NCBI GenBank assembly: GCA_964600705.1
Contig: CAZRLE010000001.1
Coordinates: 1-52,765 of the forward strand
Reading direction: 5' to 3'
DNA: 52,765 nt
Source of the DNA: an uncultured Lachnoclostridium sp.
GTDB taxonomy: Bacteria > Bacillota > Clostridia > Lachnospirales > Lachnospiraceae
The notes below the pieces were generated by a model that searched no databases, was not told the DNA's origin, and saw nothing but the letters and a program-made list of their open reading frames with translations. A program made the position numbers and the translations under genes. Position 1 is the first letter of the stretch, and every line of letters begins with the position of its first letter. This document shows, in pieces, positions 19,026 to 28,565 of this stretch.

Positions 19026-19820
19026 CTATTCCTTTCCTTCTATCTGCCTTCCTTCATGATTCATATGATATTCCCCTGTATAAATCAATTCTGAAATCGA
19101 AACTATTTCATACCCTTTCTCCTTTAACCCCGTAATCATTACATCTAGAGCCTGCGCTGTATATTTTGCTCCATTGTGACAGAGAATAATGGAACCATTT
19201 CCCAGATGCTTGTGGTTTACAACTGTATTAATGATGGAATCTGCCCCATAGTCCTTCCAGTCCAGAGAATCCACGTCCCACTGGATGCAATGATAGCCCG
19301 ACTCATTCACCGCTTCAATCAGCGTATCATTGTAATCACCATAAGGCGGACGAAATAAAGTCATTTCTATTCCTGTCAATTCTTTTACCTTTTCATGAGG
19401 CTTCCTAATCTCTTCTATACACTGTTCTTTACTAAGCTGTGACATATGTTTGTGGTTTTCACTGTGATTTCCAAGGTCATGCCCGGCTGCCGCAATCGCT
19501 TTTACATCATCTGGATATTTCTCAATCCAGCCGCCTGTCATAAAAAAAGTTACATGTACATCGTGCTTTTTTAAAATTTCAAGAATTTGTGCCGTATCCT
19601 CATTCCCCCATGCGGCATCAAAGGACAAGGCTACCTTTTTCTCCCCTGTATCTACACAATAAATTGGCAGTTTTTTTTCTTCTACAAAACTCATGGTTGC
19701 AACCGTATCTGGCAGATAGTAAAAGCCTGCCACAACTAAAAACACCCCGCTTAGCGCAAGCAGGGTGCTTTTCATAAATTTATGAAGCTCCTGCTTATCT
19801 AACTTTAAACTTGTTTTCAT
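19026..19820 (-). CDS. membrane-anchored polysaccharide deacetylase (NodB homology domain)
   Basis: The start was moved to MKTSLKL (AGAGG 5 nt upstream). It has an N-terminal TM anchor and the NodB motifs LSFDAAWG, HSENHKH and RPPYG. Confidence 0.8.
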   Translation of the reverse strand: MKTSLKLDKQELHKFMKSTLLALSGVFLVVAGFYYLPDTVATMSFVEEKKLPIYCVDTGEKKVALSFDAAWGNEDTAQILEILKKHDVHVTFFMTGGWIEKYPDDVKAIAAAGHDLGNHSENHKHMSQLSKEQCIEEIRKPHEKVKELTGIEMTLFRPPYGDYNDTLIEAVNESGYHCIQWDVDSLDWKDYGADSIINTVVNHKHLGNGSIILCHNGAKYTAQALDVMITGLKEKGYEIVSISELIYTGEYHMNHEGRQIEGKE

Positions 19821-19893
19821 AAAAACCTCTGAAAAGTTAATTATTATCATTATATGCAGGAATTCACTGTCACATTTCTTTTATTTCATTCAA

Positions 19894-21543
19894 TTACGAA
19901 ATCCTTCCATGATTCATTTCATAAACCGTATCAGCCAGATTCATCGTAGACTTTCTATGGGAGACCAATACCACCGTCTGTTTTTCACAAGCTTCTTTTA
20001 AGGATTTGAGAATAATTCCTTCATTGAGAGAATCCAGATTACTGGTTGGTTCATCTAAAAGTACCAGTGGTGCATCATGTAAAAATGCTCTCGCAATTCC
20101 GATTCTTTGCTTTTCACCGCCAGATAACGTATCTCCAAGCTCGCCAACTTCCGTATCATAGCCCTTTGGCAAAGTCATGATGAAATCATGAATAGATGCT
20201 TTCTTTGCCGCCTCCATAATTTCTTCTATAGTGGCATCTACTTTTCCCACTGCAATATTATTCGCAATGGAATCATGGAATAGATAAGTTTCCTGTGTAA
20301 CATAGGATTCCATATCTCTTAAATTAGCTGTATTGATATTCTTTATATTTTCACCTGAAATAGTAATCTCACCACCATTTACATCCCAGAAACGCATCAA
20401 AAGTTTAAGCAGGGTAGACTTTCCTGAACCGCTTGCCCCATGAATGCCGATTATTTTTCCTTTTGGAATGGAAATGGAATAATCTTTTAAGATTTCCTCT
20501 TCCTCATAAGAAAAGTTTACGTGTTCTGCTTTTGCTCCATCGAACTCAATATCTATTCCATCTTCTACCTCCTCGATTTGAGGACTTTCTTCCAACAGGG
20601 AAAGAACTCTCTCTCCACTTGCCAGAGTCTGATGCAGGTTATTGGAAAGGTTGGATAATGCTACAACAGGACCAAAAGACCCCATCATAGAAATAATCGC
20701 AATAACCATCTGGTCAAAGGTTACATTTCCATCCATATATGATAACAGCATGAAAATCAACATTCCAAAGGAAAATAGGAGAATTGTCATATTAGTCAGA
20801 GAACGCTGGTCTGCTTCATGACGATTTAATCTCTTCTGCATCTTTCCTAATTCTTCAGAACGCTCTGCCATCTGCTCTTTTCTTTCTTCTCCTTTTCCAT
20901 ACTGGATTGTTTCATCCAGACCACGTAAGGAATCCAGAATAAAGCTGTTAAGTTCACCAAAGCCTTCACGGAATTCCATGCCTTCCTTTGCCCCTCTTTT
21001 TCCATTCCAGAGAGGAATTACTGCACCAACCATAATATATCCAATCAAAGCAATTACTCCAGCTGCTGGTGAGCAATTTCCAATAAATGCCACCATAATT
21101 ACAGAGGTAATCACTGCTATGGCAATGGGTGAAATGGTATGGGCATAAAACACTTCCAAAAGTTCGATATCAGAAGTAATAATAGAAATCATATTTCCTT
21201 TATCCTTGCCCTCCAGCTTTGCCGGACAAAGCTTTCTAAGAACCGCAAATACCTTATGACGGATAATGGCAAGAAGTTTAAATGCGATGAAATGGTTGCA
21301 ATACTGTTCCCCATAGTGGAGTACTCCACGCATTACTGCCATCAGCACCAAAAAACCGGCAAAGCTTCCAAGACTTCCTTTCAACAAACCATATCCGGCT
21401 ACAATGGTAAGAAAAATAGCACATAAATACCCAAGGACACCTAAAGTAATGGCAAGGCACATAATAGGAAGCAGAGGGCGAACCAAACCGATAAGCTGTC
21501 CCATAATTACAATACCGCTTCTTCTGTTTTTAGTTTCTCTCAT
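19894..21543 (-). CDS. cydC: ABC exporter permease/ATPase, CydC-like (thiol reductant exporter family)
   Basis: 549 aa with a fused TMD-NBD. Motifs are Walker A GASGSGKST, signature LSGGEKQRIGIARA and Walker B LLDEPTSNLD. A 4-nt ATGA-type overlap joins it to the upstream paralog. The CydC versus generic exporter assignment is by resemblance only. Confidence 0.65.
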   Translation of the reverse strand: MRETKNRRSGIVIMGQLIGLVRPLLPIMCLAITLGVLGYLCAIFLTIVAGYGLLKGSLGSFAGFLVLMAVMRGVLHYGEQYCNHFIAFKLLAIIRHKVFAVLRKLCPAKLEGKDKGNMISIITSDIELLEVFYAHTISPIAIAVITSVIMVAFIGNCSPAAGVIALIGYIMVGAVIPLWNGKRGAKEGMEFREGFGELNSFILDSLRGLDETIQYGKGEERKEQMAERSEELGKMQKRLNRHEADQRSLTNMTILLFSFGMLIFMLLSYMDGNVTFDQMVIAIISMMGSFGPVVALSNLSNNLHQTLASGERVLSLLEESPQIEEVEDGIDIEFDGAKAEHVNFSYEEEEILKDYSISIPKGKIIGIHGASGSGKSTLLKLLMRFWDVNGGEITISGENIKNINTANLRDMESYVTQETYLFHDSIANNIAVGKVDATIEEIMEAAKKASIHDFIMTLPKGYDTEVGELGDTLSGGEKQRIGIARAFLHDAPLVLLDEPTSNLDSLNEGIILKSLKEACEKQTVVLVSHRKSTMNLADTVYEMNHGRIS

Positions 21544-23279
21544 GCTTCCACCACCTTTCCATTGTCTACATAATGTTCCAGTTCACTCTGATAAGAATAC
21601 AGCTTACTGTATTCCCCAGCGAGCTGCATCAGTTCTTCATGCGTTCCCTGCTCCACTGCAAGGCCATCCTTCAGCATATAAATACAATCAGATTCCACTA
21701 CATTAGCGAGTCTGTGAGAAATCAGAATAATTGTTTTTGTCTTGGAAAGCTCACGGATAACTTCCATAATCATTTCTTCGCTTTCCATATCGATATTAGA
21801 AGTTGCTTCATCAAAAATGTAAACTGGTGTGTCATGCAGAAGTGCTCTCGCTAAAGCAAGACGCTGACACTGTCCACCGGAGAAATTACTTCCTTTTTCC
21901 AATACAGGAGTATTAAGTCCCTGCTGTGCTTCTAAGAATCCAAGAAGATTCACTTTTTCCAATGCTGCATTCATTTCTTCATCTGAAGCACCTGCTTTTC
22001 CCAGCATCAAATTATCTCGGACAGTTCCTTTAAATAAATAACTGTTATGAGTAACCAGTGTAATATGCTCCATTAAGCTCTTTTCAGAAATCTCAGAAAG
22101 TTCCTGCCCTTGAACACGGATATTTCCCTCATATCCTTTATTTCTGCCCATCAAAATTCCAGCAATTGTACTCTTTCCACAACCGGAGGTTCCAACTAAG
22201 GAAGTAAAACTGCCAAACTTCATAGAAATTCCTTTTAAAATTGGTCTTTCCTCTTCATAAGCAAAGCTTACTTCATTCATTTCAATTGAGATATCCCCAT
22301 CTTCCAATTCCAATGCCTTTTCTTCTGGTTCTGGCAAATCCAACAATGCAAAAATCTTATCACTGGCTGCCATGCCGTTCATGGCAATATGGAAAAAGGA
22401 ACCTAAAATTCTTAAAGGAATAAAAAATTCCGATGCCAGTAAAATAATCATCAAAGTACCGAAAAGACTAATATTGCCTTTTGCATATTCAGAAACTGCC
22501 ACAATCATACCTACCGCAGCACCGCCATAAGCAATAATATCCATAACACTGGTGGAATTAAGCTGCATTGTCAAAACTTTCATGGTAATCTGGCGGAATC
22601 TCTGAGATTCTTTATCCATTTCCACCGATTTCTTTTCATCTGCCTGATAAATCTTAAGAGTAGTTAATCCCTGAAGATTTTCAAGGAAGCTGTCACCAAG
22701 TTCTGTATAAATACCCCAATATTTACTGAGGAGTTTTTTCGCAAATTTCTGTACTGCCACAATAGACACAGGAATCAATGGCACACAGATTAATAAAACG
22801 ATACATGCTTTTAAGCTTACCGGACTCAAAATGATAAACAATGTAGCCGGTGCAAGCAAACTATAGAACAACTGAGAAAGATATTTACCAAAATAGATTT
22901 CCAATTGTTCTACACCTTCTGCCGCCATCTGCACAACCTCAGAGGTAGCCGCATGTTCTCTATAAGATGCCCCAAGCTTTAATAACTTATCATAAATCTT
23001 ATCTCGAAGAATTCTTTTTACATCTACACTTGCCTTATAGGCTGCATAAGTCGCCTGTCGGTCACAGAAAAAACGTACTATAACAGCCGCTGCCATAATT
23101 CCTGCATAGGTTACAATTCTATCTTTTGTTACAGTCCCAAGCCATGCACCTTCTATAAGATTTGTTGCCAGATAAATCATCACAACCTGACAGAGAAGTG
23201 CAATCCACTGCCAGATTACCTGATAAGCAATGTATTTTTTTGCATGGGACAAAAGTTTGATGAGTCTTGTTTTTATCAT
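21540..23279 (-). CDS. cydD: ABC exporter permease/ATPase, CydD-like
   Basis: 579 aa with a fused TMD-NBD. Motifs are Walker A GTSGCGKST, signature FSGGQCQRLALARA and Walker B IFDEATSNID. It is paired with the downstream half-transporter. Confidence 0.65.
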   Translation of the reverse strand: MIKTRLIKLLSHAKKYIAYQVIWQWIALLCQVVMIYLATNLIEGAWLGTVTKDRIVTYAGIMAAAVIVRFFCDRQATYAAYKASVDVKRILRDKIYDKLLKLGASYREHAATSEVVQMAAEGVEQLEIYFGKYLSQLFYSLLAPATLFIILSPVSLKACIVLLICVPLIPVSIVAVQKFAKKLLSKYWGIYTELGDSFLENLQGLTTLKIYQADEKKSVEMDKESQRFRQITMKVLTMQLNSTSVMDIIAYGGAAVGMIVAVSEYAKGNISLFGTLMIILLASEFFIPLRILGSFFHIAMNGMAASDKIFALLDLPEPEEKALELEDGDISIEMNEVSFAYEEERPILKGISMKFGSFTSLVGTSGCGKSTIAGILMGRNKGYEGNIRVQGQELSEISEKSLMEHITLVTHNSYLFKGTVRDNLMLGKAGASDEEMNAALEKVNLLGFLEAQQGLNTPVLEKGSNFSGGQCQRLALARALLHDTPVYIFDEATSNIDMESEEMIMEVIRELSKTKTIILISHRLANVVESDCIYMLKDGLAVEQGTHEELMQLAGEYSKLYSYQSELEHYVDNGKVVEA

Positions 23280-23318
23280 GCTATTTTCCCTTTCTTATAT
23301 GCTGCCTTCAATCAACTC

Positions 23319-23720
23319 CTAGCAGCCTTCAGCCACTTCTTCTGGTTTGATTGTTCTGATTTTAAAAGTAAAATAAAGCACATGGAATACCCATACAACA
23401 ACAAGGCAGATTCTTCCAATCATTACTTCATTCATCATAATAAATCCAGCTGCCATAATGACAGTCACAGTTGCCATAATAGAAACCTTAGTTTTCATGG
23501 TCATGGCTTTCTGCTCTACAAAGCTTTCTAAATGCTTCTTATAGAGTTTTGTTCCTACAAACCAGTTATGTAATCTTTCAGAACTTTTAGCAAAACAAAA
23601 TGCCGTTGCCATATAAAGTGGAACCGTTGGTAAAATCGGTAACATAATACCAACTGTTCCTAAACCTAAACATACAAAGCCTAATGTAACCCAAAATAAT
23701 TTTAATGGCTTTTTTTTCAT
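23319..23720 (-). CDS. ybaN: YbaN/DUF454 family inner-membrane protein
   Basis: 133 aa. The N-terminus LGFVCLGLGTVGIMLPILPTVPLYMATAFCFAKSSERLHNW is typical of YbaN. An AGGAGG SD lies 8 nt upstream. A candidate promoter ATGACA-17-TATAAT (extended TGT) sits about 120 nt upstream. Confidence 0.75.
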   Translation of the reverse strand: MKKKPLKLFWVTLGFVCLGLGTVGIMLPILPTVPLYMATAFCFAKSSERLHNWFVGTKLYKKHLESFVEQKAMTMKTKVSIMATVTVIMAAGFIMMNEVMIGRICLVVVWVFHVLYFTFKIRTIKPEEVAEGC

Positions 23721-23881
23721 GATAAATATCCTCCTGTTTTCTACAATTTCTTATTATTTCTTCATCTCAATCAATTCTAAAGAACTGATATTTCTTGTCG
23801 TTATTTAAGTTAGTTTTCACTAACCCATCGCATTATAACATGAATTTTCTGTTTTGTCATGTGACTTTTTGCAAAAAATGT

Positions 23882-23911
23882 AAAAAGACCGTACGCAATA
23901 AACGTACGGTC
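23882..23911 (-). terminator. intrinsic terminator ending the ABC exporter/remnant transcription unit
   Basis: 9-bp stem GACCGTACG / CGTACGGTC with loop TTTATTG on the minus strand, followed by TTTTTAC. Confidence 0.65.
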
Positions 23912-23996
23912 ATCCATCAACATCCCATTTCTGATATTACTCTGTTATCTGGTATAAGTTGCATTATATACTATTGCATCAAATTTTTACCACGTG

Positions 23997-24410
23997 CTAA
24001 ACTTCTACTGCCTGACACTTTTCATAAATTTCTTCAGCTACATCTCTACTAATACCATATTTATCACATACTCTCACAAAGATTTTTTCTTTATCAATAT
24101 CATATGCAATACCTTCCTCTATTGCCGTTTTAATTGCTGTTTTTTTCACTGCTTCTTCTGCTGCTTCCTGTGCTTTTCTTGCCGCATAGTCTTCTACTGC
24201 CTGACACATAATTTCTCGTCCTCCTTCTTCCTTAAAATGCCTTACGCCTTCTGCCAATTCTTTATAATACATATCTTCGGCATTTTTACACCCAAAATCA
24301 TACATCAATTTTCCTAATGGGTCATCTCCTCTATAACTACCATTCACATATATGATATGGGAACCATCTTGGAACAAGTCTCCTAATTCAAATATAATAT
24401 AGCTTAATCC
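23997..24410 (-). pseudogene. C-terminal remnant of an Rpn / PD-(D/E)XK nuclease-family putative transposase
   Basis: Only about 130 aa remain. The segment GKLMYDFGCKNAEDMYYKELAEGVRHFKEEGGREIMCQAVEDYA resembles the C-terminal half of roughly 300-aa Rpn-family proteins of Firmicutes. The nuclease N-domain is missing. The frame is open right back to the TAG stop of the upstream ABC gene, and there is no credible SD or ATG. Confidence 0.5.
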
Positions 24411-26150
24411 CTACACTACCTCAAACTGACTATTATACAGTTCCGCATAGAACCCTTGTCTTTCCAACAGTTCCTCATGGGTTCCCTGCTCGATAATATT
24501 TCCGTCATTCATAACAAGTATCTTATCTGCCTCTTTGATAGTAGATAGTCTATGGGCTACGATAAAGCTGGTTCTTCCTTCCATCATTTTTGCAAATGCC
24601 TTCTGAATACGGATTTCAGTTCTTGTATCAATAGAGGAAGTCGCTTCGTCTAAAATTAACATTGGTGGCAGACAAAGCATAACTCTGGCAATGCAAAGAA
24701 GCTGCTTCTGTCCCTGTGACAGGTTGCCGCCATCCTCTGTAATCTCGGTATCATAACCTTTTGGAAGTCGTTTGATAAAGCTGTGGGCTTTAGCTGCTTT
24801 GGCTGCCTCGATAATTTCTTCTCTGGTTGCATTTGGCTTACCATAAGAAATATTTTCTGCGATAGTGCCTTTCTGAAGCCATGTTTCCTGCAACACCATA
24901 CCATAATTCTTACGAAGACTTTTTCTTGTTATATTACGGATATCTTCACCACTTACATGAATGGCTCCACTGTTGACATCATAAAATCGCATCAAAAGGT
25001 TGATAACCGTACTCTTTCCACAACCCGTAGGTCCTACAATGGCAATTCTCTGTCCCGGTTCTACGGAAAGGTTGAAGTTCTCGATAAGCTTTTTCTCTGG
25101 TGTATAGGAGAAATATACCTCTTTCATATCCACGTTTCCATCTGCCTTTTCAAGTTCCAATGCACCCTCTGCATCTGGTGTCTGTACTTCCTCTTCCACC
25201 AATTCTAATACTCTGGCCGCAGAAGCAAAGGCATTCTGTAACTCTGTGATAACACCTGAAATTTCATTAAATGGCTTGGTATACTGATTCGCATAGCTTA
25301 AGAAGCTTGATAACTGACCTACGGAAAGTAATCCATTCATCGCTCCGATTGCCCCAAATACACCAACTGCCGCATATACCACTCCATTTACGAAGCGTGT
25401 AGACGGATTTGTGATGGAAGAAAAGAAAATAGCTCTAAGGCTTGCCCCCTGTAATCTTCCATTGATTTCATCAAAACGCTCTAACGCTTCCTTTTCATAT
25501 CCAAATGCCTGTACAATCTTCTGATTGCCTATCATTTCATTTAAGAGAGCTGTCATTTCTCCTCTTGTTTCTGACTGAAGCTTGAACATGGAATAGGTCT
25601 TATTGGCAATAAATCTTGCAATAAATAAGGAAAGTGGTGTCAGCACAACGACTACTATTGCAATCTTCCAGTTAATGCTTACCATAAACACAAGGGTTCC
25701 AACAATAGTAAGTACCCCTGAGAATAACTGAGTAAATCCCATTAACAAACCGTCGGAGAACTGGTCTACATCTGCAATAACACGGCTGATAATATCACCA
25801 TGTGCATTATCATCAATATATTTTACCGGTACCTGTTCCAGACGGCTAAATGCTTTGGTACGAATATCTTTTACTACATGGAAGGTAATTCTGTTGTTGC
25901 AAAGGTTCATTAGCCACTGGGCAAGTGCTGTAATCAGAATGACTGCTAACATCTTCTTGAGTACTGCCATAAGCCCTGCAAAATCCACAGCACCTTTGTC
26001 TAATATCAAATCCACACCTTCACCAATCATAATTGGCACATAAAGGGTCAGAACTACAGAGATTGCTGCAAATACGAAGGAACCAATTACATACAGCTTA
26101 TAATTGCTGATGTAAGTCAGAATTTTCTTAACTGTTTCTCTATTATTCAT
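24411..26150 (-). CDS. ABC exporter permease/ATPase (multidrug/lipid exporter type, heterodimer subunit)
   Basis: 579 aa. Motifs are Walker A GPTGCGKST, signature LSQGQKQLLCIARV and Walker B ILDEATSSID. It overlaps the upstream partner by 8 nt. Confidence 0.85.
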   Translation of the reverse strand: MNNRETVKKILTYISNYKLYVIGSFVFAAISVVLTLYVPIMIGEGVDLILDKGAVDFAGLMAVLKKMLAVILITALAQWLMNLCNNRITFHVVKDIRTKAFSRLEQVPVKYIDDNAHGDIISRVIADVDQFSDGLLMGFTQLFSGVLTIVGTLVFMVSINWKIAIVVVVLTPLSLFIARFIANKTYSMFKLQSETRGEMTALLNEMIGNQKIVQAFGYEKEALERFDEINGRLQGASLRAIFFSSITNPSTRFVNGVVYAAVGVFGAIGAMNGLLSVGQLSSFLSYANQYTKPFNEISGVITELQNAFASAARVLELVEEEVQTPDAEGALELEKADGNVDMKEVYFSYTPEKKLIENFNLSVEPGQRIAIVGPTGCGKSTVINLLMRFYDVNSGAIHVSGEDIRNITRKSLRKNYGMVLQETWLQKGTIAENISYGKPNATREEIIEAAKAAKAHSFIKRLPKGYDTEITEDGGNLSQGQKQLLCIARVMLCLPPMLILDEATSSIDTRTEIRIQKAFAKMMEGRTSFIVAHRLSTIKEADKILVMNDGNIIEQGTHEELLERQGFYAELYNSQFEVV

Positions 26151-27981
26151 GACATACTCCCTCCTTTGCTACTTCATTGGGAACTGTACCGGATGCTCTT
26201 CCATTGTTCTCTACACTTCCCTGTGACTCGTGAATTTCTCTATAAATTTCACAGCTTTCTAACAATTCTTCATGGGTTCCAATTCCTTCCATTGCCCCAT
26301 CTTCTAATACAATAATCTGGTCTGCGTTGCGGATAGAGGAGGTTCTTTGAGACACAATAAATACAGTCATTTTCTGTTCTAATTCAGAAAGTGCCTTACG
26401 AAGCTTTGCATCTGTTGCATAATCAAGAGCGGAACAGCTGTCATCTAAAATCAGAATTTCAGGATTACCAACTAAGGCTCTTGCAATGGTTAATCTCTGC
26501 CTCTGACCACCGGATAAGTTCTTTCCATCCTGTAAAATCACAGTATCTAAACCGTCCTCTTTTTCTTCTACAAATTCCTTTGCCTGAGCAATTTCTAATG
26601 CTTTCCAGATTTGTTCATCGGTAGCATCCTTCTTACCCCATTTCATGTTATCACGGATGGTTCCATGGAATAAAACTGCCTTTTGCGGTACAATTCCAAT
26701 CTTGCCGCGAAGCTGTTCAAAGGAGTAATCCTTGGTTTCTATGCCATCTACATAGATTTTTCCACCTTCGATTTCATAGAAACGTGAAATCAGATTCACA
26801 AGGGAGCTCTTACCAGAACCCGTACCACCGATAATACCGATAGTCTGTCCTTCTTTAGCCCAAAAACTAATATCTGTAAGAGAGCTTTCTGCGGCATTTT
26901 TATATGAGAAGGTTACATGTTCAAATACTACTTTATCTTCCACTCCGCCTGCTTCTCCTGACTTTTCTTCCACAATGCCATTGCTATTTTCAGCCTGTTT
27001 TCCACAATCAATCCACTCTGTATTGTACTCCTGCAAAGAAGACTCTTCCGCCATAATATCACTAATACGGTTTCCGCAGGCAATGGATTTTGTCAAATTG
27101 ATAATCAGGTTTGCAAGCTTTACAAGCTCCACAAGAATCTGTGACATATAATTTACAAGGGCAATGACTTCCCCCTGAGTAATAATGCCGTCAAATACCT
27201 CTAAGGCACCAATCCAGATTAAAAATAAAGTTGCCACATTCACAATAATATATGTAACCGGATTTAACATACCGGAAATCTTACCTACAAACAACTGAAT
27301 ATCCATCAAATCCTGACTGGCAGTATCAAAATCTGCCATCTCATCTTCCTGTCTGTTAAAGGCACGAATGACCCTTGCACCAGTAAGATTTTCTCTGGTT
27401 TTAAGAGTAACTGCATCTAATTTTCTTTGTACTTTCTTATAAAGCGGAATACTTACAAGCATCACGCCAAATACCACAATGGAAAGCAATGGAATGGTTA
27501 CCACAAAGGTAAAGGCTGCTCTTACGTTAACTGTAAATGCCATAACCATTGCCCCCACTACGATAAATGGGGAACGCAGGAATAAACGTAAGAATAAGTT
27601 CACCCCTGACTGTACCTGATTGATGTCACTGGTCATTCGGGTAATCATGGTTGCCGTTCCGATTGTATCAATTTCGCCATAAGAAAAACTCTGTAAATGT
27701 GCAAACAAGTCATGTCTAAGCGCAGTTCCAAAGCCCACAGATGCTTTAGCTGCATAGTACTGAGCTGTTAATGCACAGGTAAGACCAATGGCTCCAAGCA
27801 ACACTAAAATACCACCCATTTTTAATACATGGGTGGTATCGCCTTGTGCAATCCCAACATCAATAATACTGGCCATAACAAGTGGTACAAATAGTTCAAA
27901 GCTTGCTTCTAACAGCTTAAAAAGCGGTCCTAATACGCTTTCTTTTTTATAATCCTTTAAATATTTTAGTAAGTGTTTCAT
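26143..27981 (-). CDS. ABC exporter permease/ATPase (heterodimer subunit with linker insertion and C-terminal tail)
   Basis: 612 aa. Motifs are Walker A GGTGSGKSS, signature LSGGQRQRLTIARA and Walker B ILDDSCSALD. There is an extra acidic/Gly-rich linker between the TMD and NBD, and a roughly 30-aa C-terminal tail. Confidence 0.85.
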   Translation of the reverse strand: MKHLLKYLKDYKKESVLGPLFKLLEASFELFVPLVMASIIDVGIAQGDTTHVLKMGGILVLLGAIGLTCALTAQYYAAKASVGFGTALRHDLFAHLQSFSYGEIDTIGTATMITRMTSDINQVQSGVNLFLRLFLRSPFIVVGAMVMAFTVNVRAAFTFVVTIPLLSIVVFGVMLVSIPLYKKVQRKLDAVTLKTRENLTGARVIRAFNRQEDEMADFDTASQDLMDIQLFVGKISGMLNPVTYIIVNVATLFLIWIGALEVFDGIITQGEVIALVNYMSQILVELVKLANLIINLTKSIACGNRISDIMAEESSLQEYNTEWIDCGKQAENSNGIVEEKSGEAGGVEDKVVFEHVTFSYKNAAESSLTDISFWAKEGQTIGIIGGTGSGKSSLVNLISRFYEIEGGKIYVDGIETKDYSFEQLRGKIGIVPQKAVLFHGTIRDNMKWGKKDATDEQIWKALEIAQAKEFVEEKEDGLDTVILQDGKNLSGGQRQRLTIARALVGNPEILILDDSCSALDYATDAKLRKALSELEQKMTVFIVSQRTSSIRNADQIIVLEDGAMEGIGTHEELLESCEIYREIHESQGSVENNGRASGTVPNEVAKEGVCHE

Positions 27982-28049
27982 TTCAACCCATCCTGCATTT
28001 CATCTTAATCTATGACCCTTAAAGGTCATGCCAATCACAAAGGTATCCT

Positions 28050-28523
28050 TTATTCCATAAATTCTCTTGTACGAAATAAAATCAGTTTATCCAGTACAGA
28101 TTTATATACCAGCGCAATACTGGCATCAATAAAACAGAACTTGTTCACCACAAATTCAAATGTTTTATATAAAAAGCACACACTCATCAGAATCAGACTG
28201 ACCACCGTAACTCCAGCCTGTAATTCCAGCCCTATCAGAAAAAGGGAGCAGAACAGATAAAATAAAAATGCAAATACATACTGTCTGTTAATCTGTCTTG
28301 CTAACAGCATAGTATCTGAAAATCTCTCTACCATTTTGGTAAGTGATTTCAAATCCCTGCTCTCTAAATACAGGTACAAATCGTCATAAATCACCTGATT
28401 GCCCTGTTTTCTTCCATCCCTACTGCCCTTTTCTTCCAGGCAACTGCGATAGCTTTTGCAATATTCCTCGTATCTTTCTTCTCCTAATTCCTTACTTAAA
28501 AGCTTACGAAAAACGCTATTCAC
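28050..28523 (-). CDS. hypothetical membrane protein (soluble N-domain plus two TM helices)
   Basis: The ORF sits between the PAS hybrid kinase and the ABC exporter. I prefer the GTG start at 28523 (AGGAGG 7 nt upstream) over the TTG at 28553. Hydrophobic segments are YVFAFLFYLFCSLFLIGL and VTVVSLILMSVCFLY. No family was recognised. Confidence 0.5.
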   Translation of the reverse strand: MNSVFRKLLSKELGEERYEEYCKSYRSCLEEKGSRDGRKQGNQVIYDDLYLYLESRDLKSLTKMVERFSDTMLLARQINRQYVFAFLFYLFCSLFLIGLELQAGVTVVSLILMSVCFLYKTFEFVVNKFCFIDASIALVYKSVLDKLILFRTREFME

Positions 28524-28565
28524 AATGTTCCCTCCTGTTTCTTCATTCCTCAATCGTTCATTTAC

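Noticed and set aside
28012-28029. Inverted repeat ATGACC-N6-GGTCAT as a terminator between the small membrane protein gene and the ABC exporter.
   Set aside because: It has only a 6-bp stem and no U-tract on either strand. I kept it only as a possible operator, within a finding.
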